DNA of 64,000 bases. It comes from Eledone cirrhosa (taxonomy: Eukaryota). The notes under the pieces are model-generated. The model was not told where the DNA came from. It was given only the letters and a program-made list of their open reading frames with translations, and searched no databases. Below, piece by piece: positions 27,503 to 40,332 of this stretch (position 1 is the first letter of the stretch; each line of letters starts with the position of its first letter). A program made the position numbers and the translations under genes. Location of the stretch: the NCBI GenBank assembly GCA_964016885.1, contig OZ024742.1, positions 186,310,001-186,374,000 of the forward strand, written 5' to 3'.

Positions 27503-27975
27503 TTAGGTAAGGCGGGTCTTCTCTGTTACTGAGTACCGCCAAAGGTCTCGGTCCAGTGACATTGTCTTGGAGAGGTGTAAGTGTGTGATGTCGGAGTTTA
27601 TCAGCTCGTCCCAGGTTTTTCTAGGTCTGCCTATTCCTTGACTACCGTCTATCTTTATTGCCCTGCACTTTGTTATACAGCTATCGACTTTCATGCGCAT
27701 CACGTGTCCATACCAACGTAGCCTTCTCTCGAGTAAACAACATCTGATCCCTCTTATCTCTAATTTTTTCCTTAGTTCGTTTATGCTTTGCCGTTCACGT
27801 ATATTACTGTTACACATCCAGCGGAGCATGCAAGCTTCGTTCCTCTCTAGTCTGCGTATATCCTCTGCACACAATGCCCAGGTCTCACTGCCATGTAGCA
27901 TTGCTGTTCGTATGCAGGCATCGTACAACCTGCCTTTCATTTTTAGGGAGAACCCTTTAGCAGCTAATAGTGGTA
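27503..27975 (-). pseudogene. RTE LINE ORF C-terminal fragment (145 aa open)
   Basis: KGRLYDACIRTAMLHGSETW...RRLRWYGHVMRM...GRPRKTW...DRDLWR. Homologous to the ORF at 25083-25331. Confidence 0.9.
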
Positions 27976-28382
27976 TAAGCTGTGTGTATATATATCATTA
28001 TCATCATCACCATTTAACCTGTTGACTGCTGCATATATTTTACACAGCTACAGTTGCTGTGCTGTTTTTTTCTTTTTCAGTAAAATGACTATTTTTTAAA
28101 ACGAACGTTTATTAACAACACATATCTGAATGATTGACAAACGTTACATCAATAAACTAGTAACCCCATCTAGCTTTGAAGTTATGAGTTCAAACATGTT
28201 AGGATGAGTTATCTCGTCTACGGCATTGTAGAGGTTAATGTCTATTTTTGGACCACATGCATAAATATTAGAGAATCTATCATATATGTGTATGTGTGTG
28301 TCTGTGTGAATAGTCGAAATAAGAAATTAAAGAAGATTAAAATTGAAATAATTTATGAAAGAACATTATATGATATGTATAG

Positions 28383-28620
28383 ATCATCATCATCATGGTC
28401 TATAATGTCTGCTTTTCCATGTTGGCATGGGTTGGATGGGTGTCACAAATCAAGTCAGTTCTTAATCCGAGTTACTGTACTTCCAGACATACTGGGTGTC
28501 CTATCTGGCTTATATATGCTTGGGTTTTGTCAAGGTTTCTATATCTAGATGCCTTGCCTAACATAAATCACTTTACAGAGTGTACTGGGTGCATTTTATC
28601 ATGGCTTTAACACTAGGGAG
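28383..28620 (-). mobile_element. Degenerate SINE 3' part with RTE-like tail
   Basis: (CAT)n, TTTTCCATGTTGGCATGGGTTGG, CACTTTACAGAGTGTACTGGGTGC. Confidence 0.65.
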
Positions 28621-29324
28621 GTTGTTGATTATGATCATTAATTTGGCTGAAGAGCCTTCTCTAACATATGGGAGAGGGATGGGGATTTAGGATACCTTGT
28701 TTAGTCTTAGTTACCAGCCTGGCCAAAACCAGCTCTGATTCTATGAAATAAAACCACTTATTTCAAAGGTTTCTAATTTAAATTAAAACCTTCCAACATG
28801 ATTTTATATAAGAACCTTATATTGAGTTACTATCTTAGTAATGAAATAATTAATAATTTTAGTAAATTCATCAAAATTCGTAATTAATTAATTAAAATAG
28901 TGTATTTCATTTGAAATATGGTCATGAAGGGGTTAGAGGGTAAAGATAGAAGGGAGATAAGACGGATGTCAAGTTATATTATGGATGCATGACATGTGGT
29001 GGGATTTAACAGGGTAATATAAGGGAGAAAGGAGGAGGATTGAGTGGAGGAGTATAGTGATGATTTGAGGTAGGGTCGTGTATAGACAAGCCAAAGGTCA
29101 CATTTGTTACATGTTTGTGGCTTGTTATATAGGATGGAGGGGGGGGGGATAGCTATGATGAGAATAGTTATTAAATAGTGAAGGTGGGGTGTTGGGTACA
29201 GACAGGCCATGTCCCATCTGCTAAATGGTTGTGACACAGGGGCTATGTCAGATGAGGAGAAGAGAGGTCTAGCAGATAGTATAGCAGAAATGGAGGGGTT
29301 AATAGGGGCATTTGTGTCTTGGTT

Positions 29325-29965
29325 TATCTTGGCAGGCAGGTCTTCTCTGGTACTGTGTAGCACCAATCATTGTAGTCTTTTGTCATCTCTGTTGTGAGGT
29401 TCAGCTTCTTAAGATCAGTCTTCCCTACTTCATCCCAAGTCTTCCTTGGTCTACCTTTTCCACAGGTGCCAGCCCCTGAGATTTCTCTGTAATTCTTTAT
29501 ATCTCTATCATCTTCCAGGTGTATCACATACCTATACCATTATAGTCTCTTTCACACTACATCAGGTTCCTCTTATGTAAAATTTTACTCTCAGTTCACT
29601 TTTGCTGTCATCCATGCAGACTAACATTATGTATCCTTTTGAGCATACTCACTACATTTCTTTCATGTCTTCACCTGTTTTCTGCAGTCAAGGTCCATGC
29701 CTCACTGTCGTAGCTTAATGGTTTACACACAGGCATCAGTGTACCCTTCGCACTGAGAGAAGCACTTTGTTGTTAGCAGAGGTAGTAACTTCTTAAACTT
29801 CTTCCAGCTCATTCTTAATCTAGCTAGTATACTCTCTGAGCACTGTCCCCCATTAGGTCACTTGGGTAACAAAAGCTATAAACAACTTCAAGGAAGCTGA
29901 CTGTGCTTATTTCACCTGTACATTTAATGTATACTAAGTCTACCTTCTCTGTTATATGTGTGTAT
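29325..29965 (-). pseudogene. Degenerate RTE LINE fragment
   Basis: LEVVYSFCY and GTCGKGRPRKTWDEV..DLKKLNLTTEMTKD motifs, with many disruptions. Confidence 0.8.
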
Positions 29966-30795
29966 ATAATAGGAAAGGAAGCTGTCACTCTAAATGAATA
30001 TAACTGAGCAGAGAAGACATGGGCTCCATAAGTGACTGCAAAGGCAAACAATCTGTCTAAGAGAGCAGTCATTTTGAATAAGAACTGATACAAGGTGGAG
30101 AAAAACCCTAAGTCCTGTTAGACAACCTCTCTAATGTTGATGGCATGAGAAAATACACCCAGTCCATGCTGTAATGTAGTTAATGATAGAAAGAGCCTCT
30201 AGCTAGAAAAAAAAACCTGCCAAAAATTGTCATCATCATCATCATCATCCAACCAATGCAAGCATGGAAAAGCGGACATAAAACGATGATACACACACAC
30301 ACATATATATATAACATCAGCTGAAAATGCACAGTTACATAAGATGGACAGCTGAATCTGTACCTCGTCAGCCATAGAAAACCTGTCATATAAAGGATCT
30401 GAAGGAATGTTCAACTCCATAGTGCTGGTGTCATGATAAAATGCACACAGTAGTGTGTGGGATCCTATGTGAGTGAGTTTTGTGTTGTTAGGGCGCCTGA
30501 GCACTCAACAGAGTGTGGGAATGCATGTAAGAGAGATGCAGGCTCCTGGGCCATTCATGGGGTTAGTACCTACACTTGAGTACCAGGTCTGCTGATGACC
30601 CATCCAAGTCATGCAACCTGGGAAAGTAGATGTTAAACGATGATGATGATAATGATATAACATCATCACTATCTAACGTCTTTTTTATATATTTGAATCG
30701 GTTAGACGGCTGTCGCATGTTCAGGTCTGACTGGTCAGGTGACTAGGTCCTGCTCATAAGCTTTGTTTTGGCTTGGTTATATATATATATAGTCT

Positions 30796-30840
<45 letters not shown>

Positions 30841-31067
30841 TGAGATGGATGGGCTCCACCAGGTTTAAAATGCCCAAGAAACGACTTATGCCACTACGGC
30901 ACCCCTACGACTCCATCAGGAGTTACGAGACCATACTCTTGTTCTATGTGTGACGGTATTTTAACGATAGTTATAGCTCTGATTCATCTGAATTATTGAG
31001 CCCTCTGCCGCTCATTTCGAATTTTGTTTATCGTGAACTCGTGCGCCGATTTTTCGATACTCGATCA

Positions 31068-31124
<57 letters not shown>

Positions 31125-31472
31125 GCACACACATAGACATCATTCTGAGTGCAAACTAAATTACTAAATAACACAAGGAATCAAACTGGCAGATGTATTC
31201 CGAAGTATAGTAGAGTGGTTTGTTTTGTTTTGTTTCCGATATGAAATATATTAATATATGGAGGAGGAAACAGCTGATATGACACGCCTCCTTTGTAAAG
31301 AAAACGTCTCGGCTTTATTAATATGTCTGAAAAATACATAACTTATATCTATATATCTATGAATTCATTATTTTTATTTAGTTACTATACTTTCTCGTCG
31401 TCTGTATTTAATTATCGTCGACCAATAATAATGGAATTAAATGAAGTAACTAGTTATAATAATTATTATCCT

Positions 31473-31607
31473 GTTGAGGTTAGGTTTGCCTTTCATCCTT
31501 AAGGTGTCGAAAAAATAAAGCACCAGCCATGCACAGGGATCAATTTAATCGACTTTTCCCCTCCCCCAAAATTGCTGGCCTTGTGCCTATATAAGAAACC
31601 ATTATTA
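31473..31607 (+). mobile_element. tRNA-derived SINE (family B), 5' truncated
   Basis: TTTGCCTTTCATCC...TTGCTGGCCTTGTGCC core shared with more than 10 copies in the window. Confidence 0.75.
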
Positions 31608-32970
31608 TCATCATCATCATCATCATGCCAGTTACTCTGATTAGCAGTATATGTAAACATTGAACATCGTCACCAATGTTTCGAGAGAAAATAACAACAA
31701 TGAGTGTACAGAACCTATAGTAGTAATTAACATTTAAATTGTGACAAAAAACTACAAACTTGTCAGTATTTTGAGTGAGTGATTGAGGAATGTTTGAGAT
31801 GTAATTTAGTTGAAGAAAGAGAAAGCGGACGGACGGACACACACACACACACACATCTATAGATAAAGCAGGCGTGTGGTTCGGTTGTTGAGGACGGTAT
31901 CATCACATTTTCTATCATGTTTATCTTGAATGGGAGCAAGAATGAGTACTCTCTACCGTAGGAGAGTTTAATATTTTCATTAAGGTCGAGTTAGTGTACT
32001 GTTTGCTACCCTGGAGTTTCACCTGAGTTCACAGGGTCACCAGAATCTCAATGGAAGGCCCTTTCCGTTGCAACTAGCCACCAAGCTCGTTCGGTTCGAA
32101 ACTAATTGAGATTATACCATATTTATTATGTACCTAAACATGCATCGAGTACTAACAACCTTGATTTGTGGGCTACAAGCAACCACCCCGAGAAAACGAA
32201 ACTTATTCGTTTCAATAATTCAAAAAAATCAAGTTATTAAAAAAAACATTACTCTATTATTATTTGTTTCATTTCAAAATAGGCACTCAATCGGCATGAT
32301 CATCTAGATACATATATGTGTGTGTGCAGCGATTATGCAAAACAAATAGGTGTTGTCGGACACGTTTGTTGTCATTTATATAGCTCTAAATCTACCACTC
32401 AACATCAATACACACACACACACATACATATATATATATAATGTGCGTGAATGCTTAACGATAATGCTGGACAAATAGGTAGGTGTTGTACATAAGACAC
32501 AGTAGAGATTCACAGGTTGTTGTTTTAACAGAAAAACAACAGTGGCTACAGGGGTATGTTTATTTAGTGGTTGATAAATTATATAAAGTGACACATACTG
32601 AAAATACCAAATATGTTATGGGTTAGGTGGGAGTTAGAATAAGAAAAAAGAAATAGCTAACCGTTTGTAGATTCTTAAATACATAGAAGGAAATATATTT
32701 GATGTGGTCTGAAGTAATAGCTATCGGCCCACTTGCATTTTGGACGTCATGTGATTCACTTCGGTGAGCATATTTTAAAGTCCCCATTGAAAAATTATTC
32801 CGTTTTTTTTTTATTTGTCATTAGTTTGATCAACCGAAAGGAATGAAATGGTGTTTCGTTTTTCATTAATTTGTATTAAAATGGAAGGGCAAGAGAAGAA
32901 AAAAAAGACCGAATGAGTAATCCAGTTTGTTTTACAGGATACGATCGTGTTTTATTCAAATATATTCATA

Positions 32971-33157
32971 TAATAATTGTTTCTACTTTAGGCACAAGGC
33001 CAGCAATTACCCAGTGCATTACTGGTACTTTATTTTATCGACCCCGTAAGGATGAAAGGCAAAGTCAACCTCGGCGGGATTTGAACTCAGATCGTAAAGG
33101 GACGTAACTATGCTGGAAAGCATGGTGTCCGACCCTCTACCGATACTGCCAATCCAC
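32971..33157 (-). mobile_element. tRNA-derived SINE (family B), full length
   Basis: On the minus strand: A-box-like TGGCAGTATCGG, B box GAGTTCAAATCCC, core GACTTTGCCTTTCATCC, and an ATT tail. Confidence 0.88.
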
Positions 33158-33184
33158 ATCAACCATAATAATATACCATGTGCT

Positions 33185-33497
33185 TGGCCCCCGGTATTCG
33201 CGGGGGGTTACGGTCCTAGAGCACCCGCAAAGAGTGAAAAACCGCGAATATCGGACGTCGTCCATAAAAATGCCTATAAAAGTCAAAACATAGACCGGCA
33301 AATATGGTATATTGTTATTAATAATTTAGCGTTAAAAAGCATGAACAAATATGTTGCCACAAAAATATCCAGAAAAAAAATCGAGGAAGATATTTACAAT
33401 TCCGCGAATATGAGGTGGTTTCCACGAACAATTATTAGTTAGGTTCTAAGGAAAATTCCGCGAATAACCGGGACCGCGAATGCTGGGTGTATACAGT
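33185..33497. mobile_element. Tc1/mariner-pogo-like MITE
   Basis: Imperfect TIRs CCCGGTATTCGCGG / CCGCGAATGCTGGG, with repeated internal CCGCGAATA motifs. Confidence 0.6.
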
Positions 33498-33517
33498 GTG
33501 TATGTATATATATATCT

Positions 33518-33658
33518 ATCAATATTTAATATAGAAGTAACTTATACAGGACTAGAACTGATTCATTCGTATGAAATCATCAAGCATTCCTCATAATTTC
33601 ATAAGAATGAAACAGTTCTAGTCCTGTAGAAGCCATTTATATATATTAAATATTGATG
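33518..33658. repeat. Imperfect ~60-bp-arm hairpin
   Basis: TACAGGACTAGAACTG / CAGTTCTAGTCCTGTA and ATCAATATTTAATATA / TATATTAAATATTGAT. Confidence 0.8.
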
Positions 33659-33702
33659 TATTGAGTACCTTATTTACTGTGAATACCCCCCGATTGAAGT
33701 CG

Positions 33703-33804
<102 letters not shown>

Positions 33805-34356
33805 GTTCGTTTGTGTATGTGTGTCTGTGTGTTTGTAACTTTAAAATTTACTCATACAAATGCACCCACACTGCATTTTCTACCTCAGTCATGTTACTAC
33901 AAGAAGTTCGCTTTCCAATCACAAGGTCTTGGGTTTTAACTCTACATTTGTTCTTCTAAATTGTTATTCATATATTTAACTCAGTATGTTATCTGTATGT
34001 TATTTATGTAATAAATGAAACCAAATTTTAAACATTTGACTTATTTATTTTATTTTATTTTATTTTACATTACTCCGGAGTAATCAAACCAACCTGCGCA
34101 CTTCGTCGAGTGCTCCAATCTGCATACTGAGGTATTGGTATACAACCAACATATACTCAAAATTTATATATATATAAATATACTAGACCACCCATGACCC
34201 GTTGGGTCACGTTCACTTGAAAATATTTTAAAAAAATCATGTTGACTTGAAAATATTTTTAAATAATTAAAATATAGACATGTGAAATGAAACTGGAAGG
34301 CCCATATATATACATGTGTGTATGTATATATACAAATATGTGTGCTTGTATATATG

Positions 34357-34443
<87 letters not shown>

Positions 34444-34506
34444 GTATATATATATATGTATAAGTATATATATATGTGTGTATGTGTGTGTATATATATA
34501 TATATA

Positions 34507-34896
34507 TATTGTTATGCTTTGGGAGGGTCATGTTGCTAATAAGAAACACACGCACCAGTTTGTGCCTCTCCTTTGTTCTGTCCTACGCCATCTTGTTTTT
34601 GTGTGTTGTCACCCCCCCCCCCCCCCCCCAAAAAAAAAAACAAGATGGCGTAGGACAGAACAAAGGAGAGGCACAAAAACAAAGAAAAGAATCCCCAGTC
34701 ACTGAAGAGGTCACAGAATGTGTGACGAAAGAACTTTGACAATATATGAACAATCGTCTGGTTGTGGAACCAACCAACCAACCGGAAATTTATAAATTCA
34801 TAAATTTATAAATTTAATTTATAATAAATTGAAGTGAAAGCAACTGGTGCGTGTGTTTCTTATTGGCAATATGACCCTGCCAAAGCATAACAATAT
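34507..34896. repeat. Nested inverted repeats (outer ~34507-34560/34842-34896, inner ~34559-34600/34637-34678 around a C/A run)
   Basis: GTGCCTCTCCTTTGTTCTGTCCTACGCCATCTTG is the reverse complement of CAAGATGGCGTAGGACAGAACAAAGGAGAGGCAC. The outer arm is related to 22843-22883. Confidence 0.88.
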
Positions 34897-34973
34897 CGGT
34901 TTCAACACACGTTTTCAGATAAAGAATCTTGCTAAACAAATTCAGAAACGATATATATATATATATATATATA

Positions 34974-36252
34974 TAAAGAATTAGTATATCTACCAACATA
35001 TATATACAGATGTATACCTATGCAAGCAAATATATAGGTTTTGTCTTAGTAAATTTGTGGTTCAATGCAAGGGGATGCAGAACAATTATATGAAAAACGT
35101 AAAATAAGAAAATTATAGTAATTAGCTTACTTACTTAAATTTCACTCCAACTAATTAGTTTCTGAAAGAGAATATACATAGTCTCCAAATGGAGATCATG
35201 GAGAAACCTTTTCGTCATCAGGGAGTCATTCTCAGCTAAGATACCTGGCGACGCGCGGACACAGGGAACTTATACAAAATATTCAGTGGATGGAAAAGAG
35301 CAAGCGGGGACACTGAAAAAAATCACTGCCTTCTTGTTCGGTAGCAAATTCAAAAGAATCAATCACGTCACATCGAGGTTAATCAGTGAGGAGTGGGGTG
35401 TTAAAAAGACAGTAGCCAAGCTGTTTCCTCACTGATTAGCCTCGATGTCACGTGATTGATTCTTTTGAATTTGCTATCGAACAAGAAGGCAGTGATTTTT
35501 TCAGTGTCCCCGCTTGCTCTTTTCGATCCACTGAATATTTTTGTATAAGTTCCCTGTGTCCGCGCATCGCCAAGTATCTTAGCTGAGAATGACTCCCTGA
35601 TGACGAAAAGGTTTCTCCATGATCTCCATTTGGTGACTATGTATATTCCCTTTCAGAAACTAATTAGTTGGAGTGAAATTTAAGTAAGCTAATTACTATA
35701 ATTTTCTTATTTTACGTTTTTCATATAATTGTTCTGCATCCCCTTGCATTGAATCACAAAGTTACTAAGACAAAACCTATATATTTGCTTGCATATGTAT
35801 ACATCTGTATATATATGTTGGTAGATATACTAATTCTTTATAATTATCTCCAAATTATTTTGTTGAGCAAAAATTTGCCAAAATTACTACTATAGTTCAT
35901 AGTAACAGCTTGGCTACTGTCTTTTTAACACCCCACTCCTCACTGATTAACCTCGATGTCACGTGATTGATTCTTTTGAATTTGCCACCGAACAAGAAGG
36001 CAGTGATTTTTTCAGTGTCTTGGAATTTAGTCCCCGCTTGCTCTTTTCCATCCACTGAATATTTTTGTAGAAATTCCCTGTATCCACGCATCGCCAGATA
36101 TCTTAGCTGAGAATGACTCCCTGATGACGAAAAGGTTTCTCCATGATCTCCATTTGGAGACTATGTATATTCCCTTTCAGAAACTAATTAGTTGGAGTGA
36201 AATTTAAGTAAGTAAGCTAATTACTGTAATTTTCTTATTTTACGTTTTTCAT
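34974..36252. repeat. ~420-bp-arm palindrome (34974-35393/35425-35842) plus a third inverted copy (35903-36252)
   Basis: Arms are near-perfect reverse complements. The third copy also includes the spacer. Confidence 0.92.
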
Positions 36253-36639
36253 ATATATATATACGGGTGTCTGTGATCTATATGCACTGGTCCTAGACAC
36301 ACACACATATATATATATACACAACAACACCACCAGCTCTCTTCCATTCTCCTTCTCTGTCTCCTCTCACTCTCTCTATATCTCTATTTCAATCAACTCT
36401 CTCACAACCACTATCTCTTTCTCTCCATCCTTCTCTCTCTCATTTTGTGAAGGCACCTAGAAAACCCCCTATCTCGGGAACCCGTGGACCGATTTACGCT
36501 AAAGTTGATTTATTCCATTTGTATTCCCATTTCAAGGGCAACTTCTTTTCAAAGTATTTTCTCATTATGCACCCTTTTGGCGGTATTACACTACAGACAA
36601 GCAAGCAATCACAGACTTTTAGTAATATATATGTGTGTA

Positions 36640-36697
<58 letters not shown>

Positions 36698-36846
36698 GTA
36701 TAGGATTATCCTAGATGTAGTAATGGTTAATTACTACACTGGATATGGTTGACGTACGGTGAAAGGTTACTCAACGAGTTATGGAAGAATTGTTGAAGAA
36801 ACTTAGTTCCTGATCCTTCTGTATTCCGGAGTGTAGATAAAGAATG

Positions 36847-37032
36847 AATAATTGTTTCTACTTTAGGCACAAGGCCAGCAATTACCCAGTGCATTATTGG
36901 TACTTTATTTTATCGACCTCGTAAGGATGAAAGGCAAAGTCAACCTCGACGGGATTTGAACTCAGATCGTAAAGGGACATAACTATGCTGGAAAGCATGG
37001 CGTCCGACCCTCTACCGATACTGCCAATCCAC
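36847..37032 (-). mobile_element. tRNA-derived SINE (family B)
   Basis: Near-identical to 32971-33157. Confidence 0.88.
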
Positions 37033-37075
37033 CTAATAACAGGTAGACATCATAAAAAAGGTAATTTATTCCGTG

Positions 37076-37187
37076 TGCTTACAAATGTTTCCACGGTGGT
37101 AGTACAGCCTAGTTATGCTATGTGCAAATTATCAACTATTTGCAGAACTCAAATATCAAATGCTGTGACCACTGTATCATCAGAGCA
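37076..37187 (-). ncRNA. Type I hammerhead ribozyme with extended stem II, in the 3' end of the Naiad element
   Basis: Minus strand: TGCT-CTGATGA-TACAGTGGT...ACCACCGTG-GAAAC-ATTT-GTA-AGCA. Confidence 0.8.
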
Positions 37188-37381
37188 GAATGGTTAAAAT
37201 GTACAATGTAAATACCCTTAAGTGAGGTTATTGGAGAAGATAGAGTAGAAAAGGAAGAGAGAAAAGTAGGGGAGAGGGAGAGAGAGAGAAAGATATGCAG
37301 GGGTTGGAGAAATAGGAGAGAGTGGTTTGTAGATATCCTAATCAAAATGTTGTTGTAGGGGTTTTATTATACTGGTTACTT

Positions 37382-39580
37382 TTAGAGAGATGCGTTGATA
37401 GTCAAGGTTGGAATTAGGGGGGGGGGGGCAGCCGCTATTATATCCCATTTTAGGTGAAATTGTTGGTTATTTTCACGCAGCTGCCAAGCCTTGTCTGCGA
37501 GTGTTGTTACATAACGTTGGTTTTCATGTTTTATCGAGTAACGATGTCTATAAAGGCGTGATTTGAAGGAGGTGGCTGTAGATCCCACATAGTACCATTT
37601 CTGTCTATCCGATTCGATAGTACATTTGTATATGATGTTGCGTTCAAGACACTGATTGTCCAACGGACACATTCCTGGTTGGACACAGTTACAATTATAA
37701 TTTTGCGTTGTTGTATTGTCATGGATGGGTTGATGAGGTTGCTTAGGTAGGACAGGATGTTGTTTGTTGTTTTGTGATGTTATAGCTAATGTTTTACGTG
37801 TATTGTTATGTGTTGGAAGGCATTTATACAACCGTTTTGCGTTAAGCTTTTTTATATGTTGTTCAATATTAGGGGCGGTTGAATATGAGAGTCGAATAGT
37901 GTTAGGGTTTAAGATTTTATTATATTTATGTGATGTTGGAAAGTGTTTTTTAACTAATCGAAAGAATTGTGAGGGTAGATTAGTTTTAATAGAGTTGTTA
38001 TAGACCGGGTTGTACCAAATATACTCTTTACATCGCCTTCTGTTTGGTGGTGTGCGACAATTATTGTGTCTATTGCGGTAGTGTATGTATGGTGGTGATT
38101 CTGTGCTATTTCTACTCCTATGGGATTTATTTTGGGTGTTTTGGTGATCTTCGACTATATACTCTATATTATCTAGGTGTCCGGCTTTCCTAAGTGCATC
38201 ATCATAATATTCGGCATGTTCTTTGAAGGTTTGTTGGTTGGACGACAAGCGGGAGATTCTAAGAGAAACATTTCTAGGGATGGATTTAATTATAGAGAGT
38301 GGATGGTTAGAACTCGTATTTACATATTTAAGGTTCTCATTTAGTTTATGGAACGGTTTAATCGTATCTGTATTGAGATTCAAAGTAACATCAAGGAAAT
38401 TGACCTCTTTGAGGTTATATTCAAATGTAATATTTAATCCTAGTTCCTTAAAAAGCTTTCTGATATTTTTACGCATCCTTTCTAAATTCTGGTTATTCAT
38501 ATGCTTAACTAATAGGAGCGCATCATCACGGTAGATTCCACCGTGGAGATCCTTGAATTTTCCTTGTAGTCTGTGGGTGATATAAATTCCCACAAGATCT
38601 GTTACTTCCGCCGAATCATTAGAACCCATAGTAATATCAAAATTAGAAGGTCTATCTTTGCGAACCCAGTAGCTATCATCGAATTTAACTATAGTTTTCC
38701 TCGCTTCCATAATAATTTTAATTTCAGCATCCGTAAGGTCGGAATTAGCCTTAGCGAACGAAAGAGCTTCATGTAGAGTATCAGGTGAAATTGAGGAATA
38801 ATATTCATCAATATCAAACTGAATAAATTTTGAATTTTTCTTATCAGTAATGTTATTAAACCATCTTATTGCTTCATGAGTGTTACCCCATAGTTTAATT
38901 TCTACTTTAACCTTAACTTCGGGGATAATTCTGTCTAGTATATATTTGCTAATTTTGCCTATATCAGATTTAGAGGGGCATATAAGTCTAATCTTAGGGT
39001 TAGTATCGAAGTTTACCTTGTGGTCCTTCAGGTTGAAGGATGGTATAGCTGGTGTTAAGGGTTGCGTTCTATCGTCAATACAAAGTTCTTTAACAATTTC
39101 ACATGCCGAGTTGTTGATGTTTTTAAGTGTAGCTTCATTAGTTTTCTTGTATTTTTTATGTAATTCCTTACGGATGAAGTTATTGTAAGTGTCCACATCC
39201 ATGGTATATACGTTTGATGTTTTGTCTGCTCTAACAATAATTCCATTGGCGTTTTTTAGATTATTGAGCAGTGCCGTGATGTCATTCTGTAGTTTATTGT
39301 TCTTCCGTTTTGTAAATTTGATCTCCATGATCATATCCATTAGGTCTTGTTCAAATGCATCCAAAAGTGGGTTTGAGGGTGGGTTTTTGTAAGATTTAAA
39401 TCCAAATTTATCCTTGTTAAGATCCGATGTTTGGTTTATACGGCTTTTGTCAAAATGGAATGTTTTCCATCTGATTCGTCGAATAAAATCATTGGTCCTT
39501 CGTATCATACCTAGAATATATTCCTTTTTTGCCTGAATAGGTATGTTTTTGAACGACATATCCAATTGGTGCTTTTCCAT
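37382..39580 (-). CDS. Penelope-like (Naiad-type) reverse transcriptase + GIY-YIG endonuclease, 732 aa; C-terminus appears truncated
   Basis: RT motifs [50 protein letters not shown] region CNC..CPL..CL, IIYKC...YYVGST..FKSR. The final CxxC seen in the sister copy (CRLC at ~44310) is absent. Confidence 0.93.
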   Translation of the reverse strand: MEKHQLDMSFKNIPIQAKKEYILGMIRRTNDFIRRIRWKTFHFDKSRINQTSDLNKDKFGFKSYKNPPSNPLLDAFEQDLMDMIMEIKFTKRKNNKLQNDITALLNNLKNANGIIVRADKTSNVYTMDVDTYNNFIRKELHKKYKKTNEATLKNINNSACEIVKELCIDDRTQPLTPAIPSFNLKDHKVNFDTNPKIRLICPSKSDIGKISKYILDRIIPEVKVKVEIKLWGNTHEAIRWFNNITDKKNSKFIQFDIDEYYSSISPDTLHEALSFAKANSDLTDAEIKIIMEARKTIVKFDDSYWVRKDRPSNFDITMGSNDSAEVTDLVGIYITHRLQGKFKDLHGGIYRDDALLLVKHMNNQNLERMRKNIRKLFKELGLNITFEYNLKEVNFLDVTLNLNTDTIKPFHKLNENLKYVNTSSNHPLSIIKSIPRNVSLRISRLSSNQQTFKEHAEYYDDALRKAGHLDNIEYIVEDHQNTQNKSHRSRNSTESPPYIHYRNRHNNCRTPPNRRRCKEYIWYNPVYNNSIKTNLPSQFFRLVKKHFPTSHKYNKILNPNTIRLSYSTAPNIEQHIKKLNAKRLYKCLPTHNNTRKTLAITSQNNKQHPVLPKQPHQPIHDNTTTQNYNCNCVQPGMCPLDNQCLERNIIYKCTIESDRQKWYYVGSTATSFKSRLYRHRYSIKHENQRYVTTLADKAWQLRENNQQFHLKWDIIAAAPPPLIPTLTINASL

Positions 39581-39903
39581 TTTAGAGGCGTATGCTGAAT
39601 TAGTTGCTCAACTGTATAGGAGATTATTAAAATTTCAGGTTATCAATAATGTAGTGATAATATATCGTTACGTTAGAGATGAACAGCGTACGTGTAGGTT
39701 TGCTCAACGAGTATAAATTATATTCCGGAGAAAATGTAGAAAAGATGAATATAAAATGAAAGTGCTTTTTTTAAAAAGGAATTTATTAGGTATTGACATA
39801 TGTTTCTGTAACAGACGGAATACCTATGTATCGCTGCTTGCGTAATCATATAATGTTAGCAAGTATTCGATAGCAAATGTATAATCAGTTGTCACTTCTT
39901 CAC

Positions 39904-40014
<111 letters not shown>

Positions 40015-40289
40015 GTATATATATATATATATAAACCATGCAGAAACCAATACTGGATTTTACCATCAGTCCAGGGTGTGGGAAAGTATCAACACATATA
40101 TTTTTATTGTTTGACCCGAATTACTTGGTCGTTTGTTTTGGCTGTGCGGATGATATGTTTAACCATCATCTCAGTGTGTTTGGCCCTTAACGTATGTTGT
40201 AGCTCTGATTTACATGAATCATCGAAGCTTGCCACACATATCGGATGTTGATTTTCGTTAATTCCTGTGCTGAAATAAGATTCTCGCTA

Positions 40290-40329
<40 letters not shown>

Positions 40330-40332
<3 letters not shown>

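Larger units (their letters stand above)
34183..36630 (-). mobile_element. Probable non-autonomous Helitron carrying internal palindromes
   Basis: Minus-strand 3' end is a GTGACCC-aac-GGGTCAT hairpin, 7 nt, then CTAG|T at 34183. The distal end ATATATTACTAAAAGTCTGTG...GTCTG resembles the Helitron 5' end at ~55090. Confidence 0.55.

Noticed and set aside
35590-35640. CTGATGACGAAA as a hammerhead core (also at ~35210 minus and 36121)
   Set aside because: There is no stem II between CTGATGA and GAAA and no convincing stem I, so it was not counted.
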